Shown: positions 49,631-62,823, counted from the stretch's first letter. The stretch: DNA of 64,000 nucleotides from Octopus sinensis (GCF_006345805.1 NC_043004.1:50158001-50222000); one strand, 5' to 3'. The notes: a model not told the origin generated them from the sequence alone. Numbers and translations are program-made.

Positions 49631-50990
49631 TTTTATCTAAAACTTAAACGTCAACTTGCATTGATCAAGGATACACGCGTTCCTGATTGCGCTTCTGTTC
49701 AACTTATTTCCTGTGTTATACATGACTGGATATTGCAGTAAGGTGCTCTTGGGTTATAGTAGTCAAATTTGGATCCAAGCCCTCTGGATCATTGAAATAT
49801 AACACTTTGTAAAGTCTATCCGAAGTTTATACAAGTACTCTGTAATTTCCAAGCTGTTCCAAACGTGATCCCCTTTCCTTCTTGATCAATATTTCGTCTG
49901 GAAATTCTTTGTATATATCTATAAGTCTCATATCAGAACTTTGTTATTCTTGTAAATAACTGTGAATTTCATCTCGTTCAGAGCGAAGACTTCCTCTTCC
50001 TCGCAGGGAATTGATTCGCCTTTATAAGATATGAGTTCTTTCCCAAGAGAGAATGTCTCCTCTCCACAAGAGGTGTACTCTCCTTCGTGCTTTTATAGCT
50101 TTTTTTTTTAATAAGTTTTCAGTGACTTTTAAAATAACTTTGAAAATGATCTGCTGCTCACCCCCTTCGGCATCGGTCGGGTCCCCATCCTCAAAAGTGG
50201 ATGGGGTGGTACTGCTATAAGAGGGTGCATCCTGATCTTGGGTGTAGTTGTTGTTGCTATTGTTACGGTAGCTGGGAGTGATTGTCCTTGTCTTCGTGGA
50301 TCGTGACCAAGAGAGGAATCTATGGGCTTCATGGTTCGCTACTGGGTAATGAGGACTATGCCGACTTCCGAACTGTGACGTCTGTAGCCTCAGGACTGGC
50401 AACTTCCATAATTTGTTTTTGTTGTTGTGGCTTTTGCAATTTTAAGTTTTCTGCGCTGTAAGCCCTTAAATGTGTGTTGCTTCTACATATTTTAAAACTG
50501 AATCTTCTACCTTAGATACTAAGATTTGAGGTCTTTCTCTCAGCCTCCTCAACAGGATACGGCTCTGGTGTTGTTTTGTGATCTTGAATATCATGAGCAA
50601 TTTTGATTCTCCCAACTACAGAAATACCCTAAAATCTCTATAAATGCCCAAGAAGGCAAAATTAACATGAAGACAAATACTTTACACCAATACTTTACGC
50701 ATAGACAATACCAATAAAGAGGAATAAAATAAAGAACTTTCCAAGCGTTGAACTTTCCACTTTAAACCACAAGAAAAAATAGTCGCACTCACACATATAC
50801 ACAGGTTTTGTCCAGCGAAAACATTAGTTGTAAAGAAATATAGCTTTGTCTATTTTGTTTCAAATGGGGATCTTCTAAATATAGACAAGGCTTAAACCCT
50901 GAAAGAGCTATGAAAACTCTATTACGATGGACTCTGTTTTCTTGCTCGTAAAACTTTACAAAGATAAAAGGAGAAAGCTGATGTACCTAT

Positions 50991-51408
50991 GCGCAGGAGT
51001 GGCTGTGTGGTAAGTAGCTTGTTTACCAACCACACGGTTCCGGGTTCAGTCCCACTGCGTGGCACCTTGGGCAAGTGTCTTCTACTATAGCCTCGGGCCG
51101 ACCAAAGCCTTATGAGTGGATTTGGTAGACGGAAACTGAAAGAAGCCTGTCGTAGATATGTATATATATATATATATGTGCGTGTGTGTGTTTGTGTGTC
51201 TGTGTTTGTCCCCCTAGCATTGCTTGACAACCGATGCTGGTGTGTTTATGCCCCCGTTTCTTAGCGGTTCGGCAAAAGAGACTGATAGAATAAGTACTGG
51301 GTTTACAAAAGAATAAGTCCCGGGGTCGAGTTGCTCGATTAAGGGCGGTGCTCCAGCATGGCCGCAGTCATATGACTGAAACAAGTAAAAGAGTAAAAGA
51401 GTAAGAGT
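50991..51408 (+). mobile_element. SINE family B, full length
   Basis: Family match. Confidence 0.93.
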
Positions 51409-52548
51409 ATGCCTCACGAAAGGTGGCTTAGGGTTGAGCATACTCTGAAAAGAGCAATTTAGGGACGATCTGGGTAATGTGTTGAACAACATTGTATGCA
51501 TTGGCTAAAGCAAATCCCACGGAACAATCAATTTTCACTTCAAGACCGACGCCTAGGTGGACGATGGGTAGAAATTATACGTGAAACCACCGCTCATCAA
51601 CTTATACCTAAGTATGTTGCCCAACGCAACCTAAACGTAACAATAAGGAACATTATTAGTGATATCGAACACTGGCTTACTTTCAAATTTGTGTAGAGGA
51701 ACATGATTGCTTGGTAAACGTAAAAGTTTCATAATACAGGTGGTCAGGAGAGGTCAGCATGAAATCGCTTTGTCCTCGGTGTCAGGGGGGTGACTAGGAA
51801 GCTAAGTCATAGTAAGTGACAGTGAAAGAGAAGTGAGGAGTGGCAATGGTTCATTACAACAACAACAACAAACAATACTTTTACTCTATGAGGGCCCGAA
51901 GAACCCGCACCGTCTTCGGTAGCTGAAGATGACCTGAGGCCGTCCTCTCTCCGCCCAAAACAATATCATTGACCTAATTGTCATATGTCCACTGGGACAC
52001 AATAGGACCTGGAAATAAAGGATAGCTGAAGGAAAAGAAAGGAAAGCGGGTCCCGATCTAAAAACATGTAAAATGCAATATGGAAACATCTTTTGGTGAA
52101 AATACTACCATAAAATAAAAATTGAAAGTAGCTGATGTATCCAGGAGACGTGGAATGCTTTTTGTCCCGTGTAGAGAATGTTGACGAACACCTTTCAGTA
52201 CAGGCAGACTTCGGTATGAGCGGTTGCAAGTGGGCAGAGACGCAGAGTGCTCTAGCTTGATCTAACAAATGGGTTCTCACACTTTGTATGGTTACGAAAC
52301 CCTAAATACGTGTACTTCTTACATATTTTATTCCTTATGTGCGTCTTCTTTTGTAATTGTTTACTTTATGTTTTCATTTGTAGCACCAAGCTTTGAAATG
52401 TCTCCTTTGTACAACGGCCCTGATACCTCCCTCTCCTATCACTCTTTTGTCCTACAGCACATGTTTACGTAAATCCCGTTTTAACGCGTCATATTTTGTA
52501 TGCATGAATAATTATGTATTTAATTTCCCTCCGTGATCACAAGAAAGA

Positions 52549-52760
52549 AGGTATTGAATTGACAGAATTGTTAGAGCATAGAGCAAAGTATTGTACGGTA
52601 TTCAATTGCAGCTCTTTACGTTCCGAATTCCAATCCCACATAAGTTGATTTTACCTTTCAGTCTTCTGTGGTTGATAAGATTATTATCAAATTCTGGATC
52701 TATTTAATCGGTTAACCCTTTCTGCTGAAATTTCTGGCCTTCAGTCTGAGTTAAAAAGCA
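52549..52760 (+). mobile_element. SINE family A, highly diverged
   Basis: Degenerate head, B box and core in the expected order. Confidence 0.5.
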
Positions 52761-53096
52761 ATATATTATGTTTTCATTGTTTTTGTTGCTTTATTTTATA
52801 CAAACTATTCCATATCTCACTCAGAAACCTCAAGTAATAGCAAGTTAGATGTTTTACTTTGACTATTATTTATGGGTAGCAACGATATATTTTAAGGAAA
52901 GGACACCAATTACTGAGAAGATTCCGTTAAAAGTTTATTGTAATCTTTGCAATTTTAAAAGATTTTAAGACTCAAACATTGTCATGCTAATTGTTTTTTT
53001 TTGTTTTGTTTTGTTTTTGTTTTGTTTTTTGTTAAAATGGAAACAATTTTTCTTAGTTTTGTTACTTTTTGGATTTCTTAGTATTTCATCACAGTA

Positions 53097-54200
53097 CAGG
53101 GTGTTCGGTCTAAATTTGACAGTTCGTTTAAAAGAAAGAAAACAATATCCGATCCAAAAGTAAAGGTAAAAATTCAAAAAAAAAAAATCAACTCGATTAT
53201 GGCTTGAAGGTAAGTCTTCTAAAAGTAGCCGCCCTCAGTTTCCATCACAGCTGCGATGTGACTCTGGAAACAAGCGACTGCGTCCCTCTTGTGTCCCTGG
53301 AAAGATCTTCGAATTCCTCCTTGATCCTGGCCACCAGCTCAGCTTTGCTGTTGCAGGCAGCGCGGTTGGTGTCTTTCTCAAACATGCCCCACACATAGTA
53401 TAATCCATAGGATTACAATCGAATGAATTAGGGGGCAAGAAATTAGATTTGGTTAATTCATGTAATTTTCCAACAACCACTTCTAACTCTTTCCGGCGTG
53501 GTAAGTAACCGAATCCCGCTACCACAAATATATGCTTCCAGCAGCAACCCTCTCCAGTCAGGAATTGGCCATGGTCTCCAGCAGCTTCATGTAGCCACCT
53601 GAGTTAAACCTGAGGCCCTATTCAAAGACGTGGAGGCGACATGACGTCATAGTCATTGGAAATACCCAAAGGCCATAACAGTTTGGGTGAACTTGATGTT
53701 TAAAATACGTGGAACATTACATGGATTCTTGGCAAGTCACTTGTTCTGGCTGTTGCGACACAGGTCCTGACAGACTTTCTTTTCACCTGAGAAGAACGAA
53801 ATCATCCCCGGCCCAACAGGATGTCTCAGCTTGTTCAGGAGCTTCTTTACCTTCGTCAAGCGGTTTTCCTAGGCCTAGACCGTGAGAATTATCCCTTGTT
53901 CCTCTTGTATGAGTGCTAACGAGGGACTTCATTCAAGGCCAGCTTCATGGTGGCGAATCCAATACCATCTCTCTTGCCAAAGCCTGGATTCCCTTGCTCA
54001 GATTTTCCATCACCTTGTCCTACAATTGATGGATAAATTCCGGCGTGTGGACGCAATCAGAACGCTTGTTGTATCCCTCCTTGCTAGCTACGGCTCCTTG
54101 TCTTCGTTGCAGGGCAATGTTCACAGAATATTGAGCAGTAGTCGTGGTGCTCGAAATTTGATACCCAGTGCGAGTCACCCTGGTACAGGTAACTCTTTGC
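53097..54200 (-). mobile_element. Tc1/mariner superfamily transposon remnant (maT/DD37D-like)
   Basis: TA|CAGGGTGTTCGG end at 53097. Minus-strand fragments: RSDCVHTPEFI, KLLNKLRHP..FFSG(D)EK, KFTQTVM, PPNSFDCNPMDY. The second TIR was not found. Confidence 0.75.
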
Positions 54201-54289
54201 CAACATTCAAATGGCTTCCAGTACTTCATGTTAGCTAACTTTTTTGCGGCTACGACTTTAATCTTTATGCTTTCCAACGCCTTTAGCTG

Positions 54290-56930
54290 TTCACCAACAC
54301 ATCATGTTGTTCCAGAAGAAAAAGTGCCAAAAAATCTTCAAATTCAGTTCAGTTTAAGTGTGTCATTTATATCATCCCAAAAACTCCGATAGCAACAGGT
54401 ACAATTGTCATTCTTTGATGCTACATTTTGAGACTTCTACTCCAAGGTCTTTGTATTTACTTAACTTTCCAAACGTTCTCACAAAACAGTCTGCTGGAAT
54501 TGACATGTCTATCTGAGCAAGCTCGTTCTGTCAATGTGATTTTTCACGGCAATATATTGTCCAGAATAACTCAATCCGTTTCAATTTTAAAGTCCCAAAG
54601 AACGGTTATGTTTCTATTTTCTATTTCTCTGGCACCAGTTCACACCAGTTCTTCACCAAACTGTAGGCATTTGATCTGATGCAAATACTATCCAAGTCTA
54701 TCATGGCAATTAGTATACGCATTTGAGGCTAAAAGGACAATCAGAGATGAGAGGACCAACTGTTTCTCTGGCTATACTACAAACACGACAGCAAGAATTA
54801 GAACTACTTAAAGAATATTGATGATTTCTAGTGAGCAGACTCTGATCCTAAGCTGCTATAATGAATCCCTCTGCTTATTATTTTAGTCCAGGTGCTGACA
54901 GCCACTGATGGGTCATATGTGTATCAGTATCAGAATCGCTGGCCCTAGTAGAGTATTTACCATATAATGCTTTATTTTCTCATTTATTAAGTAGCGCTGA
55001 GATTTTAATTGATTTGTACTTTTAATTAGGTTAGTTTTTCAGAGGGTTTTTATGTACCATTTAGTTGCTCCTCAGTCTCGATGATCTTTAATTCCTTTGC
55101 ATATTTCTTTGCTGCTTTTGATATTGAGCGTAGTTTCTTGGTATGGCTTTCAAACAAGTTCAAGTATCCAATCATTAGTGTTACTTAAGTGTCAATAATG
55201 ACGTAAATTTGTATCAGTTTTACTTATCTCACTGAGGGACAATTTATATTAAAACTGTAGATAGCAACAGAATGGTGACAGCCTCAACCCTGTTTCTCGC
55301 TTTAAATTCCCTTTTTAGGACAGGTCGACTCTTTGATAGTTTTCTTTCCGTATTTTCTTGCACATTTGTGGATGCTGGGTGTCATCCTCTTCACGCACAT
55401 CTACGTGATCTGATCAATAAGTATCCAGGCTGTAACCATAGTAACGAAGCTAAAACACGCAGAGTAAATCCGCTCGGCACAGATTGACCTTGAACTCTGC
55501 TGTGCATGCGCACTAAGTTTTAACGTTCTTGCTCACTTCCGCTGTTTACAGTAGTGCTTGGAAGGAAGATGTGTAGCATTGGCCATGACAGAGGAGCGTG
55601 TGATCATCGCATTGACCATAACAGAGAAAGTTGAGCAGAGAATCTGCATCAAATTTTGCCAAAAGCTTAGCGATACTTGCTCTGAGGCCTACGCAAAGTT
55701 TTCAAAAAGTTTTCATTGTTCTCGAAACAACCAAGGAGATCTTGTGCAACTGAAACCCCGAGTGTCTTTTTGGTCAGCTGAAAGCACTTTTGGCACAAAC
55801 TTGGTAGACACGCGTCTCATACCCAAATCTTCAGTGATAATAGACTGAACTGAACCGTAACTAATCTTCACATCCTCTGATAACTCACGGATGGTGATTC
55901 GACGATTTCCCCTCACAGCTGCACGCACATCTGTGATGTTTTTCTCAGTTCTGCTGGTTACGGGTCTCCCAGGACTTTCGACAATATCGACATTTTTTCA
56001 GCCATTTTGGAAACATCTGAACCACTCGTACACTTATGTGCGGCTCATACACTCCTCTCCATTCAATTTCTGCAACTTTGCGTAGGCCTTTGAGCAGGTA
56101 TCGCCATGACAACTTTCTCTGTCATGGTCAATGCGACGATCACACGCTACACACCTTCCCTCCAAGCACTGCTGTAAACAGCAGAAGTGAGCTAGAATGT
56201 TAGTGTGTATGCACAACAGAGGTCAAGGTCAATCTGTGCCAAGCGGCTTCACTCTGCATGTTTTAGTTTTGTTACTATGGCAACAGTCCGGATACTTATT
56301 GATCAGACCTCGTAAACACTTGTAGTTTCCTTCTGGACTTTGATTATGGTGGTCTTTTCTAGCCATATAGTGTAGATTTTCAAGGGTTTTGTTTTAAAGA
56401 ATATTGCTCAAGCACATTTATGGGGCTTAATTAATCTCTCCTTTACTCTATACCCATGTCTTCCGTCATTCAATAGCTTACTTAAGGAAATGAAACCCTG
56501 CAAAAGAGAATTGGTGAATAATCAGCTCGGAAAACACCACAGTCTATATTAATGTCACTAGCGTTCACAATACTTGCCTCTGAATCCAATATTAGAGTTG
56601 TCTTCCAGAGCTTCATAATAATTGATAGAAAATTGCCAATAACTGGAGAGACTTTATAAAATTTTCAAGCATTTCTGAACCTAGTTATGGGAAACGCTGT
56701 CAAACGTGTAATCAATCCATGCCTTGGAAAAATGTTTTGTATCGTTTATAGCAGTTCTCTAGAATCATTTTATTAATTAAAAGCTAGTATTTGCACTCGT
56801 TCAAGCAGCATTTCCAGCCGTTTTGTTCGTTAGGGAATATTTAATTAACCGTCAGAAAAGTATATATGTATTCAGGAAAATGCCAGAATCGTTACAGAGC
56901 TGGAAAAATTGTTAGGACCGCTTCATCGGA
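54290..56930 (-). mobile_element. Second, older R4/Dong-type LINE remnant interrupted by a mariner-derived element
   Basis: Minus-strand pieces appear in the expected order: LLINKMILENC (about 56.8 kb), SPILFC, KIRKENYQRV (55.35 kb), DQSLLTRN...CRVC..ETVGPLISDC (54.8 kb), ENRNITVLWDFKIETD, IDMSIPAD..KLSKYKDL, TIVPVAIGV. Confidence 0.8.
55404..56312 (-). mobile_element. mariner-derived non-autonomous element with long inverted arms, TA target duplication
   Basis: The ends TA|CGTGATCTGATCAATAAGTATCC and GGATACTTATTGATCAGACCTCG|TA close arms at 55404-55700 and 56074-56312. The centre encodes only the HTH region (VYEWF...PGRP...ITIRELSEDV...KFVPKVL). Confidence 0.9.
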
Positions 56931-56967
56931 TGGAATAGGATTGAAAACTATTCAAGTATATCAATTA

Positions 56968-57170
56968 TCTTTTATTTTTTACTTGTTTCAGTCATTAGAC
57001 TGCGGTCATGCTGGGGCACTAACTTGAAATCGACCCCAGAACTTATTTTTTAAGCTTGGTACTTATTCTATCGATCTCTTAGGCCGAACCGCTAGGTTAC
57101 AGAGACGCAAACACACTAACACCGGTTGTCAAGCGGTAGTGGAAGGGACAAGCACCAAGACAAACACACA
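56968..57170 (-). mobile_element. SINE family B tail half
   Basis: Family match. Confidence 0.8.
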
Positions 57171-57186
57171 TAGAAATATATATATA

Positions 57187-57238
<52 letters not shown>

Positions 57239-58010
57239 CCTGACACTGTATAGGAAAGTGTATTAATATCTATGCGTATATGCGGATGTACGTGTGAGTG
57301 TGTGCGTTAGTGTTAGACACTGCTGCTTGTACTGATTTGTCTATAAGCCATGTGATGAAAGACATGCACTCTGCAACTTAGCGGATGTGTAGAGAGGTGT
57401 AGGGGTGTATTCATGTGTGTGTGCATGTGTGTGTGAGTCTCTGTGTGGATGTGTGGGTTTAGGGTTAGAAGTGGATGTGTATGTTTTGCTTGTACAGTGT
57501 GGTAGAGGTCGGGCGGCTCTCAATTGACCAACCGTGCGGAAGATAATGATAATTTTAAATTCAAATCCAATAGTGTATTTATGTCATAAGGAAAATTACT
57601 AACTGGAACCCGGACATAAATATATACCGCTCTGGATCCTAATAATATTAATAATATTATGAATGATAATAATGATAACATTAATGATATTGACAATGAT
57701 AATGATGCTAACTTTAATGACACTTTAGAAATTAGTATGAAGCAATATAATGTACTATTGACTATGTATATTTGCAACTAGGTACTAATTTGTGTATGTT
57801 TATTATCACAATATTGAGTCGAAAAACTGAGACATTGGATGTAGAACACATATATATGTTTACTAATTTATATTATTTACTTATATCATTATGTATAAGT
57901 ATATTTTTATATTTATAAGAGTGTGAGTATATGCACTCATATGTATATGTATATGTTGTATTATGGGTATGCACCCACACCCATGTGGGTATATATGTAG
58001 ACTGATTTAT

Positions 58011-58150
58011 ATTACATAATCTCCGAAGAGGCCTTATGATATTTTTGTAAATGTCTCATTTATATCTATATATTGACCTACCATAAAGGGCTAATATTGG
58101 TAAAATGAGACATACTTATCTACATGGCCGAAACAGCTGTAAGATGTAAT
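58011..58150 (+). ncRNA. Type I hammerhead ribozyme-like motif with long stem II insertion (core CCGAAGA)
   Basis: Stem I is ATTAC(ATA)ATCT / AGAT-GTAAT. The core is CCGAAGA (58023-58029), stem II is GGCC/GGCC, followed by GAAA, palindromic ACAGCTGT and a GUA site (after 58141). An internal 11-bp helix pairs 58051-58061 with 58103-58113. Confidence 0.72.
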
Positions 58151-58562
58151 CTATACTTATATTTATATTTACTTATATTTATATTCTCTTTTATATATAT
58201 TCTACTTATTATACAACATTACTCTTTTATGTACACTTTTTTATGTACATTCCTTTATGTACACTGATTTGTTCTGCTTTTTATATCTAACCCTACAGTC
58301 TCTTATGTGGTGGTTTAATAAAGTATGTGATTGAGTATTATCTGGTAATTGATATTTGATTTAGATGTATTTCTCCATTTTCTTATCTTGTATTAGTAAT
58401 TTGTGGTAAATCATTTTACCTTTGCCCATATAATACAGTAAATGAATTGATTACATCGCAATCATTAACATTTATGTATTAACTTTGTTGGGTACTTCAC
58501 TAGCAGTATATTGGATATATGTTATCCCATGGAGGGTTGCATTTACAACCCCTATCTCAATT

Positions 58563-58633
<71 letters not shown>

Positions 58634-58652
58634 TATATATAAATACACATAC

Positions 58653-58812
58653 ACACGACAGGCTTCTTTCAGTTTCCGTCAACCAAATTCACTTACAAGG
58701 ACTTATGAAGCTATAGTGGAAGGCACTTGCACACGATGCCACGTGGTGGTACTGAACCCGGAACCATGTGGTTGGGAAGCAAATTTCTTACCACACAGCC
58801 ACGCCTGCGCCT
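58653..58812 (-). mobile_element. SINE family B head half; further partial copies at about 41628-41733 (-), 59655-59820 (-), 60485-60592 (+) and 60870-61000 (-)
   Basis: Family match, ending at the internal microsatellite position. Confidence 0.8.
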
Positions 58813-59607
58813 GAATATAAACTCAGCAGCTTAAAGCTGGTCTGCGGTGCAGAAAAAATGTTGTGATCTACTATTAAAACCTGTTATCTCCAATCCTCAT
58901 GTTATATATATATTATTATTTGATTGCACTCCACGCATCCATTTCCAAGTAAGTTTATCTTAATCTTTTTGATGCGATTCTACTCTACACTGTTTTTCCC
59001 CTATCGTTTTCTCTCTTATCCTTTCTCTAATTCCCATTTTTTCTCCCCTTCACCGTTTTCTATCTGTCTCTGTCTGCCTGTCTCTTTCCCTCTTTCTCCT
59101 TTACCCTCTCTCTCTCCCTCTCGTTCCTCACATGTGACCATCGTCTATTTTTCTTTTCCTCGCGTGATCATCTTTCTTTTCTTTCAGGGCTGTCCTAAGG
59201 ACTGGACGTATCCTATCTCTCTCTTCTATCTTTTCTCTTGTGAAAGAAAATATTTCTCCAGCGTTCGCTATTTTACCCTTGTAAAATAGGATCTAATGAC
59301 CCTCCATATTTGTTTTCGTTCGGTTTCCTTGTATGTCTCCACTATCGTATTTTTGTTCCCAACTTTGACCCTCCATAAATCCCAAATTTTATTTTGGTAC
59401 TTATAGGAGCAACTGCCTTCGAAGACTCATACTGTCGTCCAATGCTCGAAATGAGGAGTAGATAGACACTGCATGGACTCTAAGTAAAGCATGTGTAAAC
59501 TTTGAATGAATTCGGTTGCGTAGTTCTCGAGTTTTAGGGATTCACACAGACAGACACACACAAACACATACACACAGACAGACACACACAAACACATACA
59601 CACAGAC

Positions 59608-59644
<37 letters not shown>

Positions 59645-59952
59645 TATGCTCAACAGGTTTATTTTAGTTTTAGTGCACCGAATCCGAATTCACTGAGAAA
59701 GCTTTGGTCATCACGGAGCTGTAGAAGAAGAATACAGACCTAAGTACTGCTCAGTGGAACTGAACCTAAGACCACGTGGTTGAAAAACAAGCTTCTTAAC
59801 CACACAGCCACATTTGCGCCCATCTTTAAGGAAAAGAATTATTAATATTCATATTCTCAGGCACACAGACTCTCTCGTAAATACAGTTCTGAAGTCAGGA
59901 TATCAACAACCTTCTCTCTCACACACACACGCATAACTTATTCAGACAGAAT

Positions 59953-59994
<42 letters not shown>

Positions 59995-61025
59995 TTGATG
60001 TAGCATGGCATGCATAGCGTGTCGTTATTAGTTTTAAATATTGTCAGGTGGCAATAAATTTTACCATTGCGGTTATGGTATACCTGGGAATGGGGACAAG
60101 TCCTTGAACAAAGCTATATTGCCTTCGATGACCTGACTTTGACACTGTCGATGACGTTATGTCTACGGCAGTAGGTTGACTGGCTGGCTGGCTGGCTGGC
60201 TCGTTGGTCGGTCGGTCGGTCGGTTCGTCGATCGGCTGGTTGGTTGTCTGGTTGTCTGGTTGATTACTGATGGTGGTAGTGTTGGTTGTTGGTGTTGCCC
60301 TAGCTTTTCACATTGAGTCACAGGTAATACAAAAATCATTTATTTTAATAAATAGGTTAGAGAGAAAAAAGAAAGGCATATTTCATATGCTTGACGTTGA
60401 TATATAATCACACACATTCTGCTATATGTACACGGGCATTTAGTTATACGTGCATGTATATACATGCAGGCATACGTATGTATAGGCTTACAAAAAATAA
60501 GTCCTGGGGTCGATTTCTTCGATTAAAACACTTTAAGGGGTGCTCCGGCATGGTCGCTATCAAATGAATGAAACAAGTAAAAGAATGAAAGAACACACAA
60601 ACACGCACACAAACTCAATAGTGCATACAATGCATGCGTATAGGAGTCGCTTAGCTTAATGGTCCCGAGCACTTAGCCGGAATTTGAGAGGTACGAGTTT
60701 AGATTTTCTGTAGCGACTTACTGACCACTTTTTAATTGGCAATGATCCAGCTTGGCCACAGCCAACTGCCTCAAACGTCTATATATGAATGTGTGTGTAT
60801 GTGTGTGTGTGTGTGTGTGTGTGAGTGTTTATGTACGTATATATATATATATATATATATTCTTTAATTCGACGGGCTTTCAGTTTCCGTCTACCAAATC
60901 CACTCAAAACGTTTTGGTCGGCCCGAAGCTATATAGAAGACATTTTCCCAAGGTGCCGTACAGTGGGACTGAACTTAGAACCAGGCTTCTTACCATATAG
61001 CCTATATATGTGTATGTGTATATAT

Positions 61026-61082
<57 letters not shown>

Positions 61083-61375
61083 CGAACACTGGAGAAATAT
61101 TTTCTTTGACAAACAAAAAGATAGAAGACAGTCCTGAAAGAAAAGAAAAATGGTCACGTGATGAAAAGAAAGATGGACGGTGGTCACGTGAGAGCAACGA
61201 GAGAGAGAAAGAGAAAGAGAGGGGGACAGAGGGGGACAGACAGAAAACGGTGGAGAGAAAAGGGGAATTAGAGAAATATATATATATATATTTATAATAA
61301 GATTGGATCGTATACGAGTGGGTATATATTTGTAAAAAGAAGTTTGAAAATGCCACTATATTAGATGAATTTTAA

Positions 61376-61419
61376 TTTTTACATGTTTCGGTTCTTGAAA
61401 TAACGAACCTTATCAAAAA
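61376..61419 (-). ncRNA. Type I minimal hammerhead ribozyme-like motif, U3-A8 core variant
   Basis: Minus strand reads UUU-UUGAUAA-GGUUC(10-nt loop)GAACC-GAAA-CAUGU-A-AAA: perfect 5-bp stem II, palindromic stem III ACAUGU, GUA site, weak AU stem I. Confidence 0.7.
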
Positions 61420-61752
61420 GAATTTTTTTATAATAAAGAGTATAATGAAATAGTTCATATTGTTTCATACATTCAATAGAGTCCATGCTATATACATAAA
61501 AAGTATAATGGAACAGTTCATAATGTTACATACATTCATAGAGTCCATGCTATATACAATCAATAGAATCCATGTTCTTGAAAAGGCAAAAAATATATTA
61601 TAAGAAGGTGTAAGTCGTTCCTTACTGTAGTGCAGGATTCATTATAGATTTTACCTTGTGTTCCGATGGGAGCAACAGTAGTGATTCTTGGTTGACGACT
61701 GTTAGCGTAATTTTGGTAACCTTGTGATTGTTGTGTTTATATCAGTTAAGTT

Positions 61753-62823
61753 GTGGCACTGTTCACTGACGTCTGGGATAAAAGTATAGAGAAACTTGAG
61801 GAATTAAAAATACTATTAAATGGAATAAATGATAATATACAATTCCCGATGGATCATAACGAAGAAGAATTACCATTTTTAGACATCCTCATTAAGAAAA
61901 CCGGCAACAAAATAGAGACAGATATCTATTATAAACCGACAGACTCCAAACAGTACCTACCCTTTGGTTCATGCCACCCACGACACACTAGAATAAATGT
62001 TCCTTTTTGTCTAGCTAGAAGGATTTGCACCATAATATCAGACACAAACACCCGACACACACGTCTCCAGGAACTTAGAACCACACTCACAAAAAGAAAC
62101 TATCCACAGCCCCTAATAGACAGTGCAATCCAACGGGCGCTTAAATTAAGTATAGAAGACCTGAGACAAACAAAACCAAAAAAGAAAGAACAATTAAAAA
62201 CCCTTCCCTACATCTCTACACACAACCCACTTAACAATGAGGCCTTCAGCACCATACTACAAAGCACAGCCCTACTAAAGGGAGACCCAAAGATGAACCG
62301 GATTCTCGAAACACACACCATCATTAAAAGTAAACGGCAACCAAAATCCTTAAAAAGGATTTTAACCCAAGCTAAACTGCACCCAACATCAACCACAAAA
62401 CCAGCAGTTAGAAAATGTGGAAGGCCCAACTGCGGAATCTGTGTCATCTTAGTAGAAGGTTCATAATTTATACTAGAACAAGGCCATCAGTTCACCATTA
62501 GAACAAACTTCACCTGTGCATCAGAAAACTTAATTTACGTCTTAACATGCGCAGGCTGCAATAGGCAATATATAGGCCATACAAAAAATAGCTTACGTAA
62601 CAGGATGGTGGTGCATAAATCACAAATTAGAAACCCTGAATACCGGAAAATACCGGTAAGCGGACACATAGATAGATGCGCTGCAAATGAAAATCCGAAA
62701 TTTACAACTTACCCACTTTACAAATTCAGTGACAGCGTAACCTTCACGCAACACCAAAATAAAGAACTTTATTTCATCAAAAAATTTAGACCAAGTTTGA
62801 ACACCCTGGGCCAGGAATATTAA
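61753..62823 (+). pseudogene. Penelope-like element ORF remnant: C-terminal reverse transcriptase plus GIY-YIG endonuclease, 5'-truncated, one in-frame TAA at 62464-62466
   Basis: Translation shows the PLE RT C-terminus (LPFLDILI, IYYKPTDSKQYL, SCHPRH) and a Cys-rich linker (KCGRPNCGIC). Reading through the TAA in frame gives NLIYVLTCAGCNRQYIGHT, downstream His residues and KELYFIKKFRPSLN. PLE coding sequence starts at about 61774, just after where the catalytic YxDD motif should be. Confidence 0.93.

Noticed and set aside
62464-62466. In-frame stop in the PLE ORF as possible selenocysteine recoding
   Set aside because: The codon is TAA, not TGA, so a simple nonsense mutation is more likely.
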